Source of the DNA: a virus
IMG/VR virus record: IMGVR_UViG_3300016665_000058
Coordinates: 1 to 34,626 of that record
Strand: one strand, 5' to 3'
Length of the DNA stretch: 34,626 nucleotides
Part shown: positions 24,971 through 31,236 of the stretch, piece after piece
Layout: every line of letters starts with the position of its first letter
How positions within the stretch are numbered: position 1 is the stretch's first letter
Made by a program: the position numbers and the translations under genes
The notes under the pieces: model-generated
Databases searched by the model: none
Told to the model about the DNA's origin: nothing
Seen by the model: the letters and a program-made list of their open reading frames with translations, nothing else

Positions 24971-25522
24971 ATGACCGAAGACGAGATGAAGCTGGACATG
25001 TTGGTGGCCGAGCTGGAGTACGAAAACCGGCTTTTACGCGCACGCAACGAGCGACTGATAGCCGAGGCCCAGGCTACCAACTTTGAGCGCACAGCGGACT
25101 GGCTGAGGGCTTGCGGCAAGGAGCAGCTAAACCCTGCGCACCTGTCAGTCCAGATTGGTGTGCATTTCGAGGAAATGGTCGAGCTGCTGGAGTGCATCGA
25201 GACAGACTGCGCCGAGGACACCAACTCGCTGGAATGCCTGTCGGACGATCTGCGTCTGATCGCCACCAGCCTGAAAAAAGGCATCACGCAGGCATTCATC
25301 AAGACCGGCAAGGAGGCGCACGCACTGGATGCCTTGTGCGACAACGAGGTAACCGGCAACGGCATCGCTTACCTGGCTGGGTTTGACAAGAACGGAGCCG
25401 ACCAGGAAGTGCTGGCCAGCAACGAGTCCAAGCTGGTGGATGGCAAGCCGGTCATCCTGCCAGGCGGCAAGATCGGGAAAGGCCCGAACTACCGTGCGCC
25501 AGAGCTGGAGAAGTTCGTGTGA
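24971..25522 (+). CDS. MazG-like all-alpha nucleoside triphosphate pyrophosphohydrolase with coiled-coil N-extension, 183 aa
   Basis: The blocks VHFEEMVELLE, ALDALCDNEVTGNGIAYLAGFD, VLASNESKLVDGKPV and GKIGKGPNYRAPELEKF match the phage MazG/HisE-like family. Confidence 0.6.
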   Translation: MTEDEMKLDMLVAELEYENRLLRARNERLIAEAQATNFERTADWLRACGKEQLNPAHLSVQIGVHFEEMVELLECIETDCAEDTNSLECLSDDLRLIATSLKKGITQAFIKTGKEAHALDALCDNEVTGNGIAYLAGFDKNGADQEVLASNESKLVDGKPVILPGGKIGKGPNYRAPELEKFV

Positions 25523-26007
25523 AAAAGCGCAAGCGACAGCCAAGGCAAAAGCGGTACACATTGCTGGATGAGCTGGCCGCCAGCCCGACAGAGCCATTGC
25601 CTCAGCAGTGGCGCACGTACCAGCTCACCAGGATGTACGCAGGCCTGAGCAACCTGGAGCAGGCCGACAACCCGACGCCGGACGACTGGCGCGTCGTGTC
25701 GGATGCCGTCAACCTGGTCGAGACGCTGGTGCTTGAGATGAAGGTTTGCCAGGACGACAGCGGCCTTCTGATGGACGCCATCACCGCGCTGGCCGCGGCA
25801 GGCAAACGCAGCAAGGAAGGCAAGACCCTGCGGCTGGACGGTGCAGGCATTGTGGCCGTGCGCTCCATCCTGCGGGACTATTCCGAGCTGCTGGACGTGC
25901 TGCCAGCCAGGACGATGGTGCGCTGCCACCGGCTGACCGAGCAGCGAATCCAGAACATCCTCGACGGCAAGAAGCGACCGCATGACGTGGAAATCTGCGA
26001 TTTATAA
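25519..26007 (+). CDS. Hypothetical protein, 162 aa, basic N-terminus
   Basis: The GTG start at 25519 overlaps the upstream stop (GTGA). The sequence begins MKKRKRQPRQKRYTLLDEL. Confidence 0.55.
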   Translation: MKKRKRQPRQKRYTLLDELAASPTEPLPQQWRTYQLTRMYAGLSNLEQADNPTPDDWRVVSDAVNLVETLVLEMKVCQDDSGLLMDAITALAAAGKRSKEGKTLRLDGAGIVAVRSILRDYSELLDVLPARTMVRCHRLTEQRIQNILDGKKRPHDVEICDL

Positions 26008-26079
26008 TGCGCAAAGCCCCAGTGCTACCAACACCGGGGCTTCACTTCACAGACCATCGTTATAGGGGGAAACGACAGC

Positions 26080-26580
26080 ATGCGCGACTCAGATTTTAAG
26101 CCGATTACACAAGAGCAACTGAAAGAGCTTGTGTCGTATGACCAAGACACTGGAATTTTTACTTGGCGAACTTCATACAGAAAGTGCAAGGCAGGAGAAA
26201 CCGCTGGAAGAAATTACGGGAATGGATACCTATCCATCTGGATCAGTCCAAGAATTTATCAAGCTCACAGACTTGTTTGGCTGTACGTCCATGGCCAATG
26301 GCCAGACCATTTCATTGATCACATCAACGGCAACAAGTTGGACAACAGAATTTCAAATTTACGTGACGTGACGCACTCAGAAAACATGAGGAATTTGCGC
26401 CAAGCCAGAGCAGACAACAAACTTGGAGTGATGGGAGTGCATCAAGTCGGGAACAAATTTATTGCACAAATTCAAACCAACGGAATTACAAAACGCATTG
26501 GTAGGTTCAACACGCCAGAAGAAGCGCATGCTGCGTACATTGAAGAAAAACGCAAACGTCATCCGACGTGCACCATCTAA
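26080..26580 (+). CDS. HNH endonuclease with C-terminal AP2-type DNA-binding domain, 166 aa
   Basis: The sequence shows YQAHRLVWLYVHGQWPDHFIDHINGNKLDNRISNLRDVTHSENMRN, then GVHQVGNKFIAQIQTNGITKRIGRFNTPEEAHAAYIE. The gene is clearly AT-richer than its flanks. Confidence 0.85.
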   Translation: MRDSDFKPITQEQLKELVSYDQDTGIFTWRTSYRKCKAGETAGRNYGNGYLSIWISPRIYQAHRLVWLYVHGQWPDHFIDHINGNKLDNRISNLRDVTHSENMRNLRQARADNKLGVMGVHQVGNKFIAQIQTNGITKRIGRFNTPEEAHAAYIEEKRKRHPTCTI

Positions 26581-26615
26581 AATTGGGGTAAATACCTATG
26601 TTGGCGTTTGTATGT

Positions 26616-26634
26616 GGATGTGGTAGGATGTGGT
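26616..26634 (+). repeat. Two GGATGTGGT direct repeats 10 bp apart (plus a third ATGTGG) in the intergenic region after the HNH gene
   Basis: The sequence is tATGTGGATGTGGTAGGATGTGGTc. It overlaps a possible TTGGCG-17-TAGGAT promoter at 26601-26629. Confidence 0.5.
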
Positions 26635-26656
26635 CATCTTAACCAAGGAGCAAAGC

Positions 26657-26821
26657 ATGAAACATCACCAGCACACGCAGTACCCTTACAGCGACGAGAT
26701 CAAACGCCGACTGTTCATCAGCAAGACCGAGCGCCGCTGCGAAGCCGCTGCCGGGTTCCTTCTGGCCGTTGCCATCGGTGTCGGTCTGGCATGTTTGCTC
26801 GTCGCATGGTGGTCGTCATGA
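26657..26821 (+). CDS. Small membrane protein, 54 aa
   Basis: AAGGAGCAAAGC precedes the ATG at 26657. The C-terminal TM segment is AAAGFLLAVAIGVGLACLLVAWW. Confidence 0.5.
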   Translation: MKHHQHTQYPYSDEIKRRLFISKTERRCEAAAGFLLAVAIGVGLACLLVAWWSS

Positions 26822-27006
26822 GAACCGAGACCAGCGTCCACAAAGTGGCCAAGATCGAGATCGGTGAACGCCGATTCCACGACAGCGAGACCAGCCCATT
26901 CTGGGTGCGCGAGATCGTCATCACAGATGTGGATGGCCACAGCCACACGATCAACGTGTACGCCAACGGCCAAGAGGACGACGATTGCCTGAAGGTGACG
27001 ACATGA
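26818..27006 (+). CDS. Hypothetical protein, 62 aa
   Basis: The sequence begins MRTETSVHKVAKIEIGERRF. It has ATGA overlaps at both ends. Confidence 0.5.
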   Translation: MRTETSVHKVAKIEIGERRFHDSETSPFWVREIVITDVDGHSHTINVYANGQEDDDCLKVTT

Positions 27007-27263
27007 GCTACATCGCAGAAATAGAAAGCCGCGTGGCTGGCATCCCTTGCCTGATCGGCGTGTCGCACTTCGACTGCGTGCGTGGGTCATACAGCTACAA
27101 CGCAGCCAGCGACATGGACTATTACGGCTACACGGAAAGCGAGTGGGATGTGCTCGACCGCAGAGGCCGTCCGGCTTCCTGGCTGGAGCGCAAGCTCACC
27201 GACGATGACCGCCAGCGCATCGAGCAGGAGATCGCAGAGGCGATGACCGAGGAGGTGTACTGA
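27003..27263 (+). CDS. Hypothetical conserved phage protein, 86 aa
   Basis: The sequence is MSYIAEIESRVAGIPCLIGV...DMDYYGYTESEWDVLDRRGRPASWLERKL. Confidence 0.55.
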   Translation: MSYIAEIESRVAGIPCLIGVSHFDCVRGSYSYNAASDMDYYGYTESEWDVLDRRGRPASWLERKLTDDDRQRIEQEIAEAMTEEVY

Positions 27264-27478
27264 TGAGGAAATTCATGCGCCAGCTCATGCCTGGACAAGA
27301 GTTCACCCTGGTGCGCACTGGCGAGCGTTACAAGTTCCTGCGCCGCGACTACAGCACGCCAAGCGGCACGCGGTACGTCTGCCTGAACCTCGGGCCGATG
27401 CCAATTGATCAAGACCAGGAGCGCGAGACAAGCCTGCACCATGCTTGCCATGTGTGGGTTCAAATGGAGACACCATGA
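27263..27478 (+). CDS. Hypothetical protein, 71 aa
   Basis: It is an ATG-initiated ORF with a TGATG overlap upstream and an ATGA overlap downstream. Confidence 0.5.
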   Translation: MRKFMRQLMPGQEFTLVRTGERYKFLRRDYSTPSGTRYVCLNLGPMPIDQDQERETSLHHACHVWVQMETP

Positions 27479-27774
27479 AACAAGACGACATCATCCGCAT
27501 GGCAGATCAGTCCGAGATTGATCCGTATGACATGTGTGAAGACCACAGGATTGGCGTGCATAGGCTGATGGCATTTGCTTCCCTTGTCGCGGCTGTCGAG
27601 CGCGAAGCCTGCGCAAATCTGTGCGACGAGATCGCCATCGACATGTGGAATCTGTACAAGGGTCGGCCACCCTACAAAGGAAACGAGGAAGGCCGAGCAT
27701 CCGACTTCACCCAAGGCCGCAGCGCTGGCGCTGAAGACTGCGCAGAGGCCATTCGCAAAAGGAGCAACACATGA
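27475..27774 (+). CDS. Small conserved phage protein, 99 aa (paralogue of 19157..19372)
   Basis: The sequence is MKQDDIIRMADQ...FASLVAAVEREACANLCDE...AIRKR. Confidence 0.6.
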   Translation: MKQDDIIRMADQSEIDPYDMCEDHRIGVHRLMAFASLVAAVEREACANLCDEIAIDMWNLYKGRPPYKGNEEGRASDFTQGRSAGAEDCAEAIRKRSNT

Positions 27775-27890
27775 ACGAAGGCGATAAAGCAGGCCGCACG
27801 GCAATGGCTTATCTGCTGGTGGCGCTTGTAGCCACATGGTGGACCATTGCCTGCATTGCGTGGCATCACATCAAGGAGTGGTTTTTATGA
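27771..27890 (+). CDS. Small membrane protein, 39 aa (unlisted)
   Basis: The sequence is MNEGDKAGRTAMAYLLVALVATWWTIACIAWHHIKEWFL. It has ATGA overlaps at both ends. Confidence 0.45.
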   Translation: MNEGDKAGRTAMAYLLVALVATWWTIACIAWHHIKEWFL

Positions 27891-28504
27891 ACGACAGGGA
27901 ACTGATGCAGCAGGCGCTGGAGATGATTGAGGACGCAAGAAACGGTATCCAAAGAAAACCGTCAGAGCCGGTGATCACCGCCCTGCGAGAGAGGCTGGCG
28001 CAGCCGGATCAAACAGTCAGCATGACCGAATACAAGCGGCTTCAGGACTTGGTGACAAGCCAAGGAATCAGGCTCATGGAGTACGAGTCTGCGCAGCCGG
28101 AGCAGGAGCCATTCTGTTATCACGATGGGCGCAACATCGTCGGCAAAGAGTTTGCAGACCATTCGGATGTTTTTCCTCTCTATACATCTCCAAATCCGGA
28201 ACAGCAGAAGCCTGTGAGATTCAATTGCACCGTGATTGATGACGCCCACCTGAATGGTGTGCCGCTGAGTCAGTGGGGGAAACAACATGAAATGCAACCA
28301 TGCGCCGGACGCAACTGCGGCAGCACCAACCCAAACCTGCACTCGGCTGAATGCTTTGAGGACTACGAGAAGGCGACCGGGATGAATCAGCGCAATCCGC
28401 TGCCGCCTCAGTCACCATGTGAGATGACGCAAGCTGAACGCAAGATGTTCAGGCTTGGATGGCTTGAATGCGAAGCAGCTCACGGCATCAAGGAGAACGC
28501 ATGA
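27887..28504 (+). CDS. Hypothetical protein, 205 aa
   Basis: The ATG at 27887 (MNDRELMQQALEMIEDA) starts the ORF. The C-terminal half is Cys-containing and ends LGWLECEAAHGIKENA. Confidence 0.6.
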   Translation: MNDRELMQQALEMIEDARNGIQRKPSEPVITALRERLAQPDQTVSMTEYKRLQDLVTSQGIRLMEYESAQPEQEPFCYHDGRNIVGKEFADHSDVFPLYTSPNPEQQKPVRFNCTVIDDAHLNGVPLSQWGKQHEMQPCAGRNCGSTNPNLHSAECFEDYEKATGMNQRNPLPPQSPCEMTQAERKMFRLGWLECEAAHGIKENA

Positions 28505-28710
28505 CCTGCAACCAAGACTGCAACCAAGGCAGAGCCTGCAACTGCGGTGGCTGGCATGTGTACCCAGTGAACGATCTGCGCGATCACGATCTCAACGGCA
28601 GCTGCTGGTGTAAGCCAACACTCGATGACGAAGGTTCAGAGCCGATCTGGATTCACAACAGCATGGATGGCCGGGAGGCCTTCGAGACAGGCGACAGAAA
28701 GCCGTCCTAG
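28501..28710 (+). CDS. Small Cys-rich conserved phage protein, 69 aa
   Basis: The sequence is MTCNQDCNQGRACNCGGWHVYPVNDLRDHDLNGSCWCKP...WIHNSMDGRE. It is the last gene of the rightward unit. Confidence 0.6.
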   Translation: MTCNQDCNQGRACNCGGWHVYPVNDLRDHDLNGSCWCKPTLDDEGSEPIWIHNSMDGREAFETGDRKPS

Positions 28711-28922
28711 CGCTTTCCAGCCCGTTGCCTGGCGTTGGTATCAGCCTGCCATTGATCGCGGCACTCAGGGCCGCAGAAGCGCCTGTCGTCGGCCACCACG
28801 TCCTCGCAGTAGTGGCACATTCCAGTCGGCTGCAAACGCTGGTGCGGCTCCCTGGCGGTGCGCAGGCAGGCCTCGCGCTCTTGTTCTTCTCGGATGGTTG
28901 CTTGGTCGGAAACGTCGGTCAT
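28707..28922 (-). CDS. Zinc-ribbon protein, TraR/DksA-like, 71 aa
   Basis: The Cys pattern is CHYCEDVVADDRRFCGPEC, after an acidic helical N-terminus. The ATG at 28922 has no Shine-Dalgarno sequence and sits right after the terminator T-run. Confidence 0.45.
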   Translation of the reverse strand: MTDVSDQATIREEQEREACLRTAREPHQRLQPTGMCHYCEDVVADDRRFCGPECRDQWQADTNARQRAGKR

Positions 28923-28924
28923 AG

Positions 28925-28950
28925 AAAAAAGCCCGGCACAAAGACCGGGC
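28925..28950 (-). terminator. Rho-independent terminator after the lysis cassette
   Basis: The minus strand reads GCCCGG-tctttgtg-CCGGGC followed by TTTTTT. On the plus strand the hairpin is preceded by A6, so it acts in one direction only. Confidence 0.75.
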
Positions 28951-28980
28951 AAGGCTGCCGAAGCAGCGTGGAGACAACTG

Positions 28981-29370
28981 CTATCGCTTCATGGCCGCCG
29001 CGATGGATGGTGCAACCTTCTCGACACTGCGGCCAACAACGTAACCACCCAAGCCAAACTCGACGATGCTCCAGAGCTTGAGGTATTCAGCCTCCTGCAG
29101 TCCAGGAGCAGCCCAGCCAAACCACCTGGCCACGATCAGGCCGACAAACACCAGCATGGTCAGTGGCCGCCAGTTGGCCGCGAGCCAGTGCGTGCTGGAA
29201 GCCTCTGTCTGGATGATCTTGGCCGCAGCCGATTCGATCTCGCTTTGATGAGCCAGCAGCTGGCGCATGGCCTCTGCTTCTGCCTTGGCCTTCTCGGTCG
29301 GGTCAGGGAACAGGCTGCCGACGATCTGGCCGATGATCGGTGCTAAGGCCGGGACGAGTGCTTGGATCAT
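28981..29370 (-). CDS. 3TM-holin family protein (DUF3154/GTA-holin-like), 129 aa
   Basis: The sequence LFPDPTEKAKAEAEAMRQLLAHQSEIESAAAKIIQTEASSTHWLAANWRPLTMLVFVGLIV is followed by further hydrophobic segments. It has an ATGA overlap with the endolysin gene. Confidence 0.65.
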   Translation of the reverse strand: MIQALVPALAPIIGQIVGSLFPDPTEKAKAEAEAMRQLLAHQSEIESAAAKIIQTEASSTHWLAANWRPLTMLVFVGLIVARWFGWAAPGLQEAEYLKLWSIVEFGLGGYVVGRSVEKVAPSIAAAMKR

Positions 29371-29738
29371 TGGTACTCCCAGATCACGTTGGATGGCAGG
29401 CCACGGCCACCAAGACCAAGGTGGATGAAGTTCTTGGCAATGCCGATGCGGTGGAATCCGTGCTTCAGCGCCAGCCGGATCAGCTCGAACCGATCAGCGC
29501 CATTGGTGCACGCCACGTCGCAGCACATGCCACGGGTATGCTCGCCATCAGATCGGCCTTTCCTGGCCTCCACAGGGTGCGTTGGGTGCCTGTAGCCACT
29601 GGTGATGGCCATTGCCTTGCCGTACTCCGTGCGAAGCGCCTGGAGGCGTTCCATGAACTCAGGCAGCATCCCATTCAGTCCGGTGTGCTTGCAATCAAAC
29701 TCTGCCTTGCTGAAGTTCGGGTAGTCTGACCAGTTCAT
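29367..29738 (-). CDS. Endolysin, peptidase M15 (zinc D-Ala-D-Ala carboxypeptidase-like), 123 aa
   Basis: The sequence shows FSKAEFDCKHTG, ITSGYRHPTHP, GEHTRGMCCDV and NFIHLGL, giving an H..D..H zinc-ligand arrangement. Confidence 0.8.
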   Translation of the reverse strand: MNWSDYPNFSKAEFDCKHTGLNGMLPEFMERLQALRTEYGKAMAITSGYRHPTHPVEARKGRSDGEHTRGMCCDVACTNGADRFELIRLALKHGFHRIGIAKNFIHLGLGGRGLPSNVIWEYQ

Positions 29739-29926
29739 GATTTTGCGACGTAATGAATGACGACAACAGGACGCCCACGACCGCCATGGCTGACCGTGCG
29801 CACCTCTTGAACAGGCAGGCCAGACAGATGTGCAAGAACGGCCTGCTTGGACAAGCCAAGTGCATCGGCCAGGTCTTTGACCGTCCTCGGGTTCTCACGA
29901 ACCATCTGCATGATCTGCTCGCGCAT
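29735..29926 (-). CDS. Small winged-helix/HTH DNA-binding protein, 63 aa, inside the lysis cassette
   Basis: The sequence is MREQIMQMVRENPRTVKDLADALGLSKQAVLAHLSGL. It is coupled to both neighbours by overlaps. Confidence 0.55.
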   Translation of the reverse strand: MREQIMQMVRENPRTVKDLADALGLSKQAVLAHLSGLPVQEVRTVSHGGRGRPVVVIHYVAKS

Positions 29927-30144
29927 CAGTGGCCCTTCCAGTGGCTGAGGATGAAGCCAACGATGGCCGAGACACCAGAGACGACGCTCATGCCAAACCA
30001 AAGACCGCCCTTGGACTTGTTGGCCAGTTCGACCAACTCTTCCACGTTGCGCTCCAGCTTGTCCATCTTTTTGTCCATGTCCTGGACCTTCTGCCACAGG
30101 ACGCCATATTTGACGGGGTCAATTTCTCCGCTCTCAAAAGCCAT
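29926..30144 (-). CDS. Membrane protein with N-terminal coiled coil and a single C-terminal TM segment (holin/antiholin candidate), 72 aa
   Basis: GGAGG lies 8 nt upstream of the ATG at 30144. The sequence shows KVQDMDKKMDKLERNVEELVELANKSKGG followed by LWFGMSVVSGVSAIVGFILSHW. Confidence 0.5.
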   Translation of the reverse strand: MAFESGEIDPVKYGVLWQKVQDMDKKMDKLERNVEELVELANKSKGGLWFGMSVVSGVSAIVGFILSHWKGH

Positions 30145-30163
30145 CGTTCCTGCCTCCACAACG

Positions 30164-30517
30164 TTACAGGCCTTCGCCTGGGGTCAGGTAGACGGTGGTC
30201 GCACCAGAAGCCGCGCCAGAGAAGAACGAGCCAGCCGGAAAGCGCAGCACCTCGACAGCGCCAGCCACCAGAGGAATGCCAGCAGCCGGGTTGCCAGCCG
30301 TGGCCGCCACAGCGTTGGCCTGAGCCGCAGCGGCAGTCGGTCCGACACCAAGATGCACGGTGGCCGTGCCAGCGTTGACGACGCGAATTTGGCCTGTCTC
30401 TTGAGCGTTGAAACGCTGATCGACAGGGGCTTGTACGCCAAGAGGTGCAATGGCCGCAGCCGCCACGACGACGGTCTTGCCTTGTGGGTTAAATGCGATT
30501 TGGCTATTGGTGGCCAT
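30164..30517 (-). CDS. Hypothetical Ala/Gly-rich beta protein, 117 aa
   Basis: It is a GC-rich ORF between the fibre gene and the lysis genes. It has a similar size and C-terminal flavour (AASGATTVYLTPGEG) to the 111-aa paralogues, but the resemblance is weak. Confidence 0.55.
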   Translation of the reverse strand: MATNSQIAFNPQGKTVVVAAAAIAPLGVQAPVDQRFNAQETGQIRVVNAGTATVHLGVGPTAAAAQANAVAATAGNPAAGIPLVAGAVEVLRFPAGSFFSGAASGATTVYLTPGEGL

Positions 30518-30526
30518 GATGACTCC

Positions 30527-31216
30527 TTATTTTAAAGATTGGATTTGAGATTCAAGCAATGCAACACGATCAATCAAAGCGTCGATGATTGCTTGCTGCT
30601 CTTGCATTGCTTTAACAATTCGAGCTTCTGTTTTTCCCCAGCCAGTGATGGTCTTCATGCCGTCTTTTCGCTCTCCGACTGCATCTGGGTAAATTTGCTC
30701 GAAATCTTGAGCAATGAAGCTGATCTGATGTCCACCGCCCTCAGACTCAATGTAATCGAACTCAACAGGACGCAGTGCCATAATGTTGGAAAGCTGCGGA
30801 GGAAGATCGACGATGTTTTCTTTCAACCGTCGATCTGACCAAGAGCCAAAAGCAACTTGGCTTGCGCCGTTTGCATTGATTTGACCGTTGGCCGCAGTGT
30901 TGTCTGCAATAGTAAATCTTACAAACACCTGTGAGGTTGTTGAATCATTATCGAATTTTGTAATGATCAATTGCTGTTGCCCAACGTCCCCAGATGCCTT
31001 GCTTTGCAAACTTAAACACTGAACAGCATTGTTGCTATTTTGTATTGTCTGCTGACCGCTAAATGTTTGAGACGAGTCCGTTCTTGCAATAGTTGCATTA
31101 GTATTTGGGAACGTCATTGTCGTCCCGTCAGTGCCAGAAAATGTCAGACTGTTGTTTACAGTAAGCGTTTTTCCTGCTGCGACTTCAACAGGAATTTTCC
31201 CAATTGATTTAAGCAT
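30527..31216 (-). CDS. Tail fibre protein with C-terminal S74 intramolecular-chaperone (auto-cleaving) domain, 229 aa
   Basis: The block GSWSDRRLKENIVDLPPQLSNIMALRPVEFDY...ISFIAQDFEQIYPDAV is followed by a terminal coiled coil. The gene is AT-rich. Confidence 0.8.
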   Translation of the reverse strand: MLKSIGKIPVEVAAGKTLTVNNSLTFSGTDGTTMTFPNTNATIARTDSSQTFSGQQTIQNSNNAVQCLSLQSKASGDVGQQQLIITKFDNDSTTSQVFVRFTIADNTAANGQINANGASQVAFGSWSDRRLKENIVDLPPQLSNIMALRPVEFDYIESEGGGHQISFIAQDFEQIYPDAVGERKDGMKTITGWGKTEARIVKAMQEQQAIIDALIDRVALLESQIQSLK

Positions 31217-31236
31217 GATTCATTAGCCTTTCACGT

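Noticed and set aside
26014-26042. Hairpin AAGCCCC-N15-GGGGCTT after gene 25519-26007, considered as a terminator
   Set aside because: It has a large 15-nt loop and no downstream T-run, so it is not a convincing intrinsic terminator. The TATAAT at 26003-26008 has no acceptable -35.
28923-28952. TTG start at 28952 for the TraR-like ORF, as in the ORF track
   Set aside because: That start lies inside the terminator hairpin and adds a hydrophobic, non-conserved MPGLCAGLFS. The ATG at 28922 is preferred, although its lack of a Shine-Dalgarno sequence leaves expression uncertain.
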